Below are positions 39,683 through 48,442 of a DNA stretch of 64,000 bases, piece by piece (position 1 is the stretch's first letter; each line of letters starts with the position of its first letter). Made by a program: the position numbers and the translations under genes. The DNA is taken from the IMG/VR virus record IMGVR_UViG_3300021964_000018, positions 32,001 to 96,000 of that record, one strand, 5' to 3'. Origin of the DNA: a virus. A model generated the notes under the pieces. The model saw only the letters and a list, made by a program, of their open reading frames with translations, did no database searches and was not told the origin of the DNA.

Positions 39683-41389
39683 ATGGCTTCAAGAACACAA
39701 ATAAGATTGGGTCAAATTACCGGTTCATTTGGTACAGGCGCAATCAACGACCAAATTGCAGCAGCTGCGACAGGTTCAATTGCAACAACAGATTTACAAG
39801 GTGTTTTATCACATCTTGCAGGTGCTATTAAGCGTATTCACGGTGAGGACAGTTTTACACAAAACGCTGCCGGTGAATTTGCAGTAACACTTAAACCTTC
39901 AACAGACGATGGAGCAGCTCTCGGTGGTGCTTCAAACAACTGGTCAGATCTTTTTCTTGCTGACGGTGCTGTTATTAATCTTGGTGATGATCAAGATGTA
40001 AAATTAACACATGTAGCTGATAAAGGTATACTTTTAACAGGTACAGGCTTGAATCAATTAGCTTTCAGAGATGCTGATCTTGTAATTAGTTCTTCTGCAG
40101 ACGGTACTTTAGATATTGAAGCTGATACTCAAATCAACATTGGTACTGATAGAAGTGGAATTGCTATTTCTCTTGGTCATGCAACTTCAGAAGTAACTGT
40201 TAATGATAATCTTACAGTAACTGGTGATTTAACTGTTAACGGTGCAACTACTACTTTAGACACAACCAACCTGCTTGTTGAAGATGTTGTAATTGCATTA
40301 GCATCAGGCGCTGCTTCTCAAAATCAAAATGGCGGTTTAGCAATTTTTTCAGGATCTTCTGATAGCGATTTGGTTTTTGGTCGAGTAGGTAACGATGTTT
40401 GGGGACTTGGTAAAAAAGCAACATTAAAAGGAACAGTAACAGATCTTTCTGACATGACACTGGTTAATGCACGTGCAGCTCGTTATGAAGTTGATGGAGC
40501 AAATGATTATTTAGATGTTGTTTCATCCGATCTCACAGCAGTTGCAGCTGCTAATTTTAAAGTAGATGCTGCTACTGACATTATTCTTGATGCTGACGGT
40601 GCAGATATTTTCTTTGATGACGGTGGTACACGTTTTGGTGGAATCAGCATGAATGCTGGTGCAAGCTACCTTATTGTATCATCATCTGCAGGTAATAATG
40701 TTGCTTTAGCTTCACAAGGTGGGCAGGTTTTTATTGGAGATAAAGATTTTAGCGGTTTAACTATTGCAGCTGATACAGCTAATCAACTTCAATTCATTGA
40801 TAGAGATGATAGATTAAGAATTAATCTTGAAAGTTCTGCAGGTAACGATAGAATCACATTGTCAGGTTCAGTTCAACTTGATAATGGTGCTGCAGCTGCT
40901 CAATTAGTTTTTGAAGAAGCGGCGGCAAATGGTTCTAATACTATTACGTTAGATATCCCAGCATCTGTAGGTACTTCATACACTATTACACTTCCAGCAT
41001 CAAACGGTTCAACTGGTCAAGTTCTCAAACTTGCTGACGGTAACGGTAATCTTGAATTTGGATCATCAGCATCTGGTGTTTCTAAAGTTCAAATGTCTGT
41101 TATTGCTCAATTGTCTTCCGGGTCAGCTCTTGATCCTAATTCTGTGACTGTGTCAAATACTGCTCCTTATACTCGTTCTGATCTAGATCTTTCTGGCATT
41201 GGCGGTTCTGACTTAGACAACCTTGTTGATGTCTATGTTAATGGTCAACTTCTTATCTCAGGTTCTGATGCGAACGTTGGTGCAGGAACAGCTGATTATC
41301 TTGTTTCAGCTCATTCAGCAACTTCACAGCTTAAGTTTGGTTTTGCTTTAGAGGTTGATGATACAGTAATCATTAATCAGAAAGGATAA
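39683..41389 (+). CDS. Virion fibre / structural protein
   Basis: Strong AAGGAGG RBS; LTVTGDLTVNGATTTLDTTNLLVED, YTITLP..NG..GQVL, C-term VDVYVNGQLL.SGS...DY. Confidence 0.7.
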   Translation: MASRTQIRLGQITGSFGTGAINDQIAAAATGSIATTDLQGVLSHLAGAIKRIHGEDSFTQNAAGEFAVTLKPSTDDGAALGGASNNWSDLFLADGAVINLGDDQDVKLTHVADKGILLTGTGLNQLAFRDADLVISSSADGTLDIEADTQINIGTDRSGIAISLGHATSEVTVNDNLTVTGDLTVNGATTTLDTTNLLVEDVVIALASGAASQNQNGGLAIFSGSSDSDLVFGRVGNDVWGLGKKATLKGTVTDLSDMTLVNARAARYEVDGANDYLDVVSSDLTAVAAANFKVDAATDIILDADGADIFFDDGGTRFGGISMNAGASYLIVSSSAGNNVALASQGGQVFIGDKDFSGLTIAADTANQLQFIDRDDRLRINLESSAGNDRITLSGSVQLDNGAAAAQLVFEEAAANGSNTITLDIPASVGTSYTITLPASNGSTGQVLKLADGNGNLEFGSSASGVSKVQMSVIAQLSSGSALDPNSVTVSNTAPYTRSDLDLSGIGGSDLDNLVDVYVNGQLLISGSDANVGAGTADYLVSAHSATSQLKFGFALEVDDTVIINQKG

Positions 41390-41416
41390 TTAATTTAAAT
41401 TACCGTTATAATTTAT

Positions 41417-41450
41417 ATCGCCTTAATGTATAATTAAGGCGATTTTTATT
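41417..41450 (+). terminator. Intrinsic terminator
   Basis: atcgccttaat-gtata-attaaggcgat plus T run. Confidence 0.75.
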
Positions 41451-41463
41451 TTTGGAGGAATTA

Positions 41464-41754
41464 ATGCTAGAAAAAAATCACAATGATAATTCAAAACAAT
41501 TTATGCAAAAAGTTTTAATGTTTATAGACACTGTTTTAGTAAATGCTTCTTCATCAGATCAAGAAAACGTTAATAAAGTTTTAGTAGGCGGTTTGTTAAA
41601 TGTTAGAGATGCAATTTTTTCTGAAATTGTAAGAGATAATCAAGTTGCACAATTTAATCAATTTTTGCAGCAAAAAGAAGCTAAAAAAAACCAAGAGGAA
41701 GACCCAAAAAGTTTAAGTCAAGAAACCGAATCGGTGAACGACCAATCAGTATAA
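41464..41754 (+). CDS. Hypothetical protein
   Basis: ATG 41464 after GGAGG. Confidence 0.6.
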   Translation: MLEKNHNDNSKQFMQKVLMFIDTVLVNASSSDQENVNKVLVGGLLNVRDAIFSEIVRDNQVAQFNQFLQQKEAKKNQEEDPKSLSQETESVNDQSV

Positions 41755-41770
41755 AAAAGGTAAGAAATAA

Positions 41771-42019
41771 ATGTCTGTAACAACAGTAATAATTATTTAT
41801 CTTTGCTTTTGCTTAATGTATAGAAATAGACAACTAAGCCATATTTTTATTTTAAGATCATTACAAACGCTTAAGATAAGTAAATATAGGGATGACATTA
41901 GTCTTCGAATTGCAAAACACGAAAGAAGATTTAAATGGTTTCTCGTTTGGCCTCTAATTGACCTATATGAGTGGTATGAAGATTGGAAAACAGATAGAAA
42001 TAGAAACAATAAATCTTAA
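41771..42019 (+). CDS. Small membrane protein
   Basis: Hydrophobic N-terminus and FLVWPL segment. Confidence 0.5.
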   Translation: MSVTTVIIIYLCFCLMYRNRQLSHIFILRSLQTLKISKYRDDISLRIAKHERRFKWFLVWPLIDLYEWYEDWKTDRNRNNKS

Positions 42020-42698
42020 GCTCTTAACTGAACAATTAGATTTAGCTGAACAGCATTTAAAAGAAGGGACGGATGATTTACATTTCCGTCTTTCTCATTT
42101 TCGTAAGCGAGTTGCTGAAAAAGATATTGACAAATACGACCGGTATTTTTTTGGTGCAAAAATGGATGATATCCAAAGACAATTCGATAATCTTGAAAGG
42201 GAAATTGTTCCTTACGAAGAAAAAGAAGAATTACCTGTTTTATATGAAAAAAAAGACCGTTGGCTAAAATCAATCTACAGAAAAATTGTAGTTTCTACAC
42301 ACCCAGACAAATTTCAAAACTTTCCTGTTGAATCATTAAAAGAAAAATATCTTAATATCTATCGAAAAACAGTTGATGCATGGGCAAAAGGAGAAGACGA
42401 TAGATTATTGCTATCAGCTTATGAAACTGATATTAAAGTTGAGAATCCTAAAGCTTTACCTATTTTAAAACAAGGTAAAAGCAAAAAGAATAACCGATTA
42501 CAAGAAATCCAAAAATTGTTAGCATACCAGTGGTATCATATTCCTGTTGAAAATAGAAGTAAAACTCTTGAAAAATATCTTAAAAAACTAGGATATGAAT
42601 TTACAATAAAAGATGTAGAAAAAGTTGTTAATCTTGCAAGGAAAAGAAAAGTAGGCACTCGTCCAAAAAATTTAAGAAAGCTAAAAAATGTAAAATAA
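41976..42698 (+). CDS. J-domain-like (HPD motif) protein
   Basis: LKSIYRKIVVSTHPDK resembles DnaJ helix II plus HPD; start uncertain (41967 or 41976). Confidence 0.6.
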   Translation: MKIGKQIEIETINLKLLTEQLDLAEQHLKEGTDDLHFRLSHFRKRVAEKDIDKYDRYFFGAKMDDIQRQFDNLEREIVPYEEKEELPVLYEKKDRWLKSIYRKIVVSTHPDKFQNFPVESLKEKYLNIYRKTVDAWAKGEDDRLLLSAYETDIKVENPKALPILKQGKSKKNNRLQEIQKLLAYQWYHIPVENRSKTLEKYLKKLGYEFTIKDVEKVVNLARKRKVGTRPKNLRKLKNVK

Positions 42699-42716
42699 AA
42701 AATTACTCTTTATAAT
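42689..42716 (+). promoter_or_regulatory. Promoter TGTAAA-N16-TATAAT
   Basis: TGTAAA 42689-42694, TATAAT 42711-42716. Confidence 0.7.
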
Positions 42717-42734
42717 AATAATAAAGGAGTAAGA

Positions 42735-43313
42735 ATGAACATATTTGTACTTGATAAAGATCCGATCAAGGCAGCAGAATATCATTGTAATAAACATGTT
42801 GTAAAAATGATATTAGAAGCAGGTCAAATGTTATGTGCAGCACACTGGTTGCATCTTTTTAAAAACTATTATAAGGGTGAAATAACTGATTTTAAACGTG
42901 TTAAAGACCTTAAGGCTTGGCTGTCTGATGATGCGAATACACACCCACTTGAACGACCTGCGTGGAGCTTAACGCATATGCGACATCCATGCACAATTTG
43001 GACTAATGAGTCATATGATAACTATATGTGGCACTGGCGATTAGGTGTTGCTCTATGTCATGAATACACAAAAAGATATAAGCGTGTACATAAAGCAGAA
43101 CCGGTTTTTCATTGGTTAGGGCAAAACAAGCCTCGCTTTATGCAAAACAAAGGATTAACACCATTCGCAATATGCATGAAAGATGAATACAAAGTAGGTA
43201 ATGATCCAGTTGCCAGTTATAGAAAATACTACATCAAAGATAAAGTTCGGTTCGCAAAGTGGGAACCACATTCAATAACACCAAAATGGTATAAGGAGAT
43301 GTTAAATGCCTGA
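42735..43313 (+). CDS. Pyrimidine-dimer DNA glycosylase / endonuclease V-like family protein
   Basis: MNIFVLD.DP..AAEYHCNKHVVKMILE..QML, H..HPC.IW, EY..RY...H, YR.YY...K. Confidence 0.75.
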   Translation: MNIFVLDKDPIKAAEYHCNKHVVKMILEAGQMLCAAHWLHLFKNYYKGEITDFKRVKDLKAWLSDDANTHPLERPAWSLTHMRHPCTIWTNESYDNYMWHWRLGVALCHEYTKRYKRVHKAEPVFHWLGQNKPRFMQNKGLTPFAICMKDEYKVGNDPVASYRKYYIKDKVRFAKWEPHSITPKWYKEMLNA

Positions 43314-44115
43314 AGGACCTGAAGTAAAAAGAAATACTGACTTCTTAAATCGCCAACTGTCAGGAAAACAAATAGAGGAAATAAAAATTCTATCAGGAAG
43401 ATATACTAAAGCAAAAGGACCGTTTGTAGGTTACGAAAAGATGTTAGAAAAAATGCTAATAATTTCAGAAGTTCTTTGCAAAGGTAAGTTTATTTATTTT
43501 AAATTTCAAGATGGAACTTCTTTATGGTCAACACTAGGAATGTCTGCAGCTTGGCAGAAAAAAGAAACAAAACATTCTAGAATTTACATTAAAACAAATT
43601 ATGGTAACGAAGTTTTCTTTAACGACATTAGAAATTTTGGTACTTTAAAATATGTTGAAACAGAAAAAGAATTAAAGGATAAACTAAAAACACTTGGTCC
43701 GGACGTTCTAAGCTCTTATGTAGACACAGAGTTGTTTAAAAGTCGTTTAGATAAAAAACCTAAGTGGTCAATTGCAAAGGCTCTTATGAACCAAACAGTT
43801 GTATCTGGCATAGGAAATTATTTAAAGGCTGAAATACTTTATGCAGCTAAAATTTCTCCACATAGGTTATGTGAAGATTTATCCTTGGAAGAAATAGAAT
43901 TAATTGCCGAAAAATCATTTGAAATAACAAATGCTTCATATCAATCAGGCGGTGCAACAATAATGACCTATAGAGACGAAAATAATGAAAAAGGTTTGTA
44001 TAGTAGGAGGTTTATGGTGTATAATCATAAAACTGACCCAATAGGTAATAAAGTAATAAAAGAAACAACAACAGACAAGCGTTCAACTTATTGGGTTCCT
44101 GAAATCCAAAAATAG
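43306..44115 (+). CDS. Fpg/Nei DNA glycosylase-lyase without a zinc finger
   Basis: MPEGPEV N-terminus, KGK, LGMS, FNDIRNFG, LGPD, LMNQ.VVSGIGNYLKAEILY (H2TH); C-term RSTYWVPEIQ lacks Zn-finger Cys. Confidence 0.9.
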   Translation: MPEGPEVKRNTDFLNRQLSGKQIEEIKILSGRYTKAKGPFVGYEKMLEKMLIISEVLCKGKFIYFKFQDGTSLWSTLGMSAAWQKKETKHSRIYIKTNYGNEVFFNDIRNFGTLKYVETEKELKDKLKTLGPDVLSSYVDTELFKSRLDKKPKWSIAKALMNQTVVSGIGNYLKAEILYAAKISPHRLCEDLSLEEIELIAEKSFEITNASYQSGGATIMTYRDENNEKGLYSRRFMVYNHKTDPIGNKVIKETTTDKRSTYWVPEIQK

Positions 44116-44123
44116 GAGATAAT

Positions 44124-44339
44124 ATGAAATTAAATGATGAAGTAATCGCACACATTGCAAAACAATTACAACTGGCAATTTTGACTGGAACTGACATTGT
44201 TGATAACCTTCGAATGATTCGTTTAACTGCAGAAAATAATGAACTTTATTTGGATGCTGAATATTCAGAAATCGCTGAAGAAAACGAAAAAAGAATGCTT
44301 CAAGAAGCAGAAAAACTTGCATCACAGTTGGAAAATTAA
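44124..44339 (+). CDS. Hypothetical protein
   Basis: AGGAG RBS, 71 aa. Confidence 0.65.
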   Translation: MKLNDEVIAHIAKQLQLAILTGTDIVDNLRMIRLTAENNELYLDAEYSEIAEENEKRMLQEAEKLASQLEN

Positions 44340-44340
44340 T

Positions 44341-44724
44341 ATGAGTAATTGCAAACTTAAAGAAATGTTCGATTTGAGAGAGTCCTTTATTAAAAGGATG
44401 CAAAAAGAAAGACCGGGTTCATATCCAATACCTGTACCTTTAGAAAATCTTTCAGATAAAAAATCCCAGCAAGTTTGCAGAGATCTAGCTTTACGAGGTG
44501 TTGAAGAAATGTTTGAAGCACTTCAACACCTCAAAAACTGGAAACCTCACAAACTAACAGAAGATAAAGAATTCAACAAGGAAGAATTCTTAGAAGAAAT
44601 TGTGGATGCGTTCAATTATTTCATGGCTTTGTTAATTGTTGTAGATGTTGATGAAGAAAAACTATTTGAAGCATACCTTAAAAAAGATCAAAAAATTAGA
44701 AAAAGATTAGATGAAGGATACTAA
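44341..44724 (+). CDS. All-alpha NTP pyrophosphatase (dimeric dUTPase/dCTPase, MazG superfamily)
   Basis: VEEMFEALQHLKNWKPHK...FLEEIVDAFNYF...LFEAYLKKD. Confidence 0.8.
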   Translation: MSNCKLKEMFDLRESFIKRMQKERPGSYPIPVPLENLSDKKSQQVCRDLALRGVEEMFEALQHLKNWKPHKLTEDKEFNKEEFLEEIVDAFNYFMALLIVVDVDEEKLFEAYLKKDQKIRKRLDEGY

Positions 44725-45614
44725 TGAAACTTGAAACCCTATTCCAAATGCAAAAAGACTTTCAAGATAAACACGTTGGTTTAAAAGGTGATATTGAAGA
44801 AAGAACACAAAAGTTGGCATTATGCGCGCATTCTGAATTAAGCTCCATGATGGAAGCTGTTAATTATAAAATGCATCACAAGTATAGAGACATTCAGATG
44901 AATGCTGCCTCAGACAAAGTAATGTATGAAGCTGTTGATGTTGTGCGCTACATGATTGCTATCATGAATAACTGGCAGATAACACCAGAACAATTTGCAT
45001 TAGCTTATGATAAGAAAGACACTTATCTTCGAATGACTGCAGAAATTAATGAAAAGAAATGGGAGCAACAACCTGTTGTTATTGTTGACTTAGATGATGT
45101 GGTAGTAGATTTTAGGGTTTGTTTTGCCAATTGGCTTGAAGATAATTATGGTCTTAAAATAGACGTGGAATCTGAAGAATATTATTTTATTTCAGCATTG
45201 TCATCTATTGATGTTAATCCAGAAGCTGTATTTGAAAAATTTATGAACCAAGGTGGGTTTTCTCGACCAGACATTAATTCTGGTGTGTATCGCTATCTTT
45301 GGGATTTAAAAAATCAAGGTTTCTGGATTCAATATTTAACAGCAAGGCCTGGCGATAACCTTCGATGCGTTTATGATACGTATGATTGGATTGCAAAACA
45401 TAGCTTACCTTACGACGGTATTGATTTTTCAACAGAAAAATTTAGATGGTGTGCAAGATCTCGTTACTATAAACATATTAAATTTGCAATTGATGATTCA
45501 CCAAAGCATGCCTTAGAATATGCAAAGCATGGAATAGAATGTCATGTTCCTGTTAAATCATATAATAAACAAACAATCGGAATAAATAATATTAAACGGT
45601 ATAAAATATTTTAA
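44724..45614 (+). CDS. Fusion of a degenerate all-alpha NTP pyrophosphatase and a HAD 5'(3')-deoxyribonucleotidase
   Basis: N-half LFQMQ...HSEL....NYKMH...YEAVDVVRY; C-half DLDDVVVDF, LTAR, IDDSP. Confidence 0.75.
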   Translation: MKLETLFQMQKDFQDKHVGLKGDIEERTQKLALCAHSELSSMMEAVNYKMHHKYRDIQMNAASDKVMYEAVDVVRYMIAIMNNWQITPEQFALAYDKKDTYLRMTAEINEKKWEQQPVVIVDLDDVVVDFRVCFANWLEDNYGLKIDVESEEYYFISALSSIDVNPEAVFEKFMNQGGFSRPDINSGVYRYLWDLKNQGFWIQYLTARPGDNLRCVYDTYDWIAKHSLPYDGIDFSTEKFRWCARSRYYKHIKFAIDDSPKHALEYAKHGIECHVPVKSYNKQTIGINNIKRYKIF

Positions 45615-45626
45615 ACGGAGAGATAT

Positions 45627-45851
45627 ATGCTAATAATATTATTATCAACACTTTTGCTAGCTGAAGAACCTAAAGTTGTTTATAAAAAAAGGACAGAAAT
45701 TGATTTTGAAGCAGTTGACGTTGAAGGTACACTTAAAAAACCAAATCAAGCATTAATAATGGAAAACAATAGAGCAATTTTTAATCCTCTTGTTCAAATT
45801 AGAAACTCATGGCATGTTGAAATGATTGGCTCTGTTGAAGACATACAATAA
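45627..45851 (+). CDS. Secreted small protein resembling adventurous gliding motility protein CglF/GltF
   Basis: Signal peptide plus VVYKKRTEIDFEAVDVEGTLKKP...FNPLVQIRNSW..EM..SVEDI, matching the recalled CglF pattern KKTxIDFxDxxVEGELxKP...FxxLIxxRxxFxxELxxS. Confidence 0.7.
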   Translation: MLIILLSTLLLAEEPKVVYKKRTEIDFEAVDVEGTLKKPNQALIMENNRAIFNPLVQIRNSWHVEMIGSVEDIQ

Positions 45852-45874
45852 GAATAAATAAAAATTTAAATTTT

Positions 45875-45909
45875 AAGAGCTTGTACAAGCTCTTTTTTTT
45901 TGTTAAAAT
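45875..45909 (+). promoter_or_regulatory. 20-bp palindrome/terminator overlapping promoter TGTACA-N16-TAAAAT
   Basis: aagagcttgtacaagctctt (45875-45894) plus T run; TAAAAT 45904-45909. Confidence 0.7.
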
Positions 45910-45929
45910 AAAAATAAAAAGGAGAAAAT

Positions 45930-46916
45930 ATGCCACAAAATAAAAATCTTACACCTGTTAAACTCCCAATGGAACTTAAATTTGGTCAAGAACCAAAAAC
46001 AAAATTTTATAATAATCTTGAACATCTTAAAGTTGAATTAGTTGATGCGCCCACCAGGTCCCAAGCCCTTAATGTTGCATGGCAATATGTAAAAGCAACA
46101 TGGGCTGATCATCATGACGAAACAAATCCAGCAACTGCTTCATTACAAGAATTGTCTGCAAACCTTGAAGATGTTCTTAACTTTCGTGCATTGCCAACAC
46201 CAATGGAATGTTTAGGTTTTACATTTAAGCTGTCCGGACTTTCATTTCAAGAAGTTACTCACATTATTCGTCATCGAGCCGGCTCTTTTGCAGCACAATG
46301 TACAGGTGATCGCGATCTTCGTGATGATCCAGCCGTTATCCCTGAGGCCGTTGAAAACAGTCCAGAGTTTTTGCAACGATATCGAAAAATTGTTCGTGAT
46401 TCAAAGCAACTTTATGCTGACATGTGTGACTCAAAAGACGTCTCTATGATGGATGCTCGAATGATTCTTCCAAAATGTATGACATCTTTTTATCTAATGC
46501 GTCTTAACCTTAAAGACCTATTAGGTTTTATTGCACAGCGTCAAGATATGCAAATTCAACCTGCAGCAGATAATATTCTTGCAGCTTATATGGCACGTGA
46601 GCTTTTAAAAGTTTTACCAGAAGCGTCAACACGAATTAATTTTAGTAAACCTGACATGCATTACATTAAGACTTTCCGTGTACCAGATGGTAAAGGCGGT
46701 GAAACATCACGTGGTACAAATCTTTATTGGCCAGAACCTAAAAATGATAAGTTTGAATATCACCCAAATGATACAATTTATCAGTCACGTCGAGAAGATA
46801 TTAATGGAACAAATAACCCAGGAACAAAAACAAAATTTACACAACTTTGGGAACAAGCTTTACACGAAATAGCAGGTATACAAATAGCTTATGCACAATT
46901 TATGGGTAGAATTTGA
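45930..46916 (+). CDS. ThyX-like flavin-dependent thymidylate synthase homologue with altered active site
   Basis: TPME..FTF, IIRHRAGSFAAQCTGDR, DARMILP, NLKDLLGFIAQR...Q. Confidence 0.8.
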   Translation: MPQNKNLTPVKLPMELKFGQEPKTKFYNNLEHLKVELVDAPTRSQALNVAWQYVKATWADHHDETNPATASLQELSANLEDVLNFRALPTPMECLGFTFKLSGLSFQEVTHIIRHRAGSFAAQCTGDRDLRDDPAVIPEAVENSPEFLQRYRKIVRDSKQLYADMCDSKDVSMMDARMILPKCMTSFYLMRLNLKDLLGFIAQRQDMQIQPAADNILAAYMARELLKVLPEASTRINFSKPDMHYIKTFRVPDGKGGETSRGTNLYWPEPKNDKFEYHPNDTIYQSRREDINGTNNPGTKTKFTQLWEQALHEIAGIQIAYAQFMGRI

Positions 46917-46992
46917 TTTTTTATAGATAAATGCCTATTTAATTTCATAATTAATAATGTTTAAAAATATTTCATTAAGGAGAAATTTAATT

Positions 46993-47904
46993 ATGAAATT
47001 AAATAGGCATAGTTTAAGAATGTTAATAGAAAGTGTACTTCAAGAAGAAGTAGATGTTTCAAAATTCAAAAAAGGTGAATCCACAATAGTAGCGACAAAA
47101 GGTGCAGCTGCTGATAATAAAGCAGCTTTTGAAGTTTCTGATGTTGACACTATAAAGAAAAAACTAGGTATAAAAATATCAGGAAAATATTATGTATGGA
47201 AAGGAAGTCAAGCAGAAGCAGGTTATAAATTAGGTTCTGTTAGATATTCTTCAGGCGACCCTTATACTTACGAAGAATTATCAAATGGGTTTTACAGAGT
47301 AATGTCCGGACCAGATAGTAACGAAAAAAGAGATAGTGGAAAAAGAATAGGTACGTCTCCAATTGGTGCTAAGTTTAAACCTTCTTCTCCTCCAGACGTT
47401 GTTGTTGATCCTACAAATGTTCTTTCGAAGTTACGCGAAACTCCTGATGGAGATAAAAGATCAGGCAATTTCGATAAAGCTGTGAACATATTGGTGGCGT
47501 GTGCATCTGACAAAAAACAACTAGGTGACGTTATAAGTGAATTAGAAAGTCTAGCAAGTAGACCAATTAGAGGAAAAGATCTTCTCGCTCATCCTGCACA
47601 TTATGTTGCAAGATTGATGATGGGAGGTGTACAACAAGGAGGCGAAGTTTCAGGAACAGGCGCAGCTGCAAGTAATTCCAAAATTATCAATAAATATTTG
47701 TCATTACTGCAGAAGAAGCACGGTATGGGACGTGGTAACGTCGATATAAAATTTGACATGCGGATTAGCCAAGATCGCGCAGATAAATCTAATTTTGGAG
47801 ATTCAGTTAAGTCTGGTGCGAAAACTGGTGGAGGTCAAGCTGAAAAAATGGATGAATCTTTATCACGCGGATCTTTACTAAGAAGACGTTATAGAAGATA
47901 CTAG
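46993..47904 (+). CDS. Hypothetical protein, putative internal head protein
   Basis: AGGAGA RBS; N-term MKLNRHSLRMLIESVLQE; C-term MDESLSRGSLLRRRY. Confidence 0.6.
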   Translation: MKLNRHSLRMLIESVLQEEVDVSKFKKGESTIVATKGAAADNKAAFEVSDVDTIKKKLGIKISGKYYVWKGSQAEAGYKLGSVRYSSGDPYTYEELSNGFYRVMSGPDSNEKRDSGKRIGTSPIGAKFKPSSPPDVVVDPTNVLSKLRETPDGDKRSGNFDKAVNILVACASDKKQLGDVISELESLASRPIRGKDLLAHPAHYVARLMMGGVQQGGEVSGTGAAASNSKIINKYLSLLQKKHGMGRGNVDIKFDMRISQDRADKSNFGDSVKSGAKTGGGQAEKMDESLSRGSLLRRRYRRY

Positions 47905-47925
47905 AATTAGCAAATTATTAATTTT

Positions 47926-47949
47926 AAAAGCGGCAATGCCGCTTTTTTT
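47926..47949 (+). terminator. Intrinsic terminator
   Basis: aaaagcggc-aat-gccgcttttttt. Confidence 0.8.
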
Positions 47950-47950
47950 A

Positions 47951-47978
47951 TGTAAAAAAAAAGCTAACTTAATAAAAT
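47951..47978 (+). promoter_or_regulatory. Promoter TGTAAA-N16-TAAAAT
   Basis: TGTAAA 47951-47956, TAAAAT 47973-47978. Confidence 0.65.
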
Positions 47979-47998
47979 AAAAATAAAAAGGAGCAAAT

Positions 47999-48442
47999 AT
48001 GAATAAATGTTATATTGCCAGCGGTTGGTTTTCACCTGAATGGCTAGAAGAATTAGAAACAATTAAATCTGTACTTGATAGTCTAAATTTAAAATACTTT
48101 TCACCAAAAGATGAAAATCTTTGCGAGCCGGATTCTGACGTTGGTTTTCAAGATCAAGTCTTTAACGGCAATATTAAAGGGATGGAAGAGTGTGATTGGA
48201 TGATCTGTAATACTCGTAATAAAGATATGGGTAGTATTTTTGAAGCAGGTTATTTTCATAAGTTAGGAAAACCAATTGTTTACTTTTGCGCCGGTCTTCC
48301 TCCTGGTGCGCAATTTAATCTTATGCTAGCTGCATCTGGTAAGACAGTTTGTACATCAATTAAACAACTCAAAGGCTATCTTATCGATTGCCAGGCAACA
48401 GGTGAAATTATTACTCGTCGTTATGAAGGAGATATTGAGTAA
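47999..48442 (+). CDS. Nucleoside 2-deoxyribosyltransferase / (d)NMP N-glycosidase (NDT-DNPH1-MilB family)
   Basis: YIASGWFS, YFSP, DMGSIFEAGY (catalytic Glu), KPIV, FNLML. Confidence 0.85.
   Translation: MNKCYIASGWFSPEWLEELETIKSVLDSLNLKYFSPKDENLCEPDSDVGFQDQVFNGNIKGMEECDWMICNTRNKDMGSIFEAGYFHKLGKPIVYFCAGLPPGAQFNLMLAASGKTVCTSIKQLKGYLIDCQATGEIITRRYEGDIE

Noticed and set aside
44341-45614. 2-aminoadenine (Z) or 7-deazaguanine pathway
   Set aside because: No PurZ, HD-domain DatZ, FolE/QueC/D/E or DpdA is recognisable; the surrounding enzymes point to pyrimidines.
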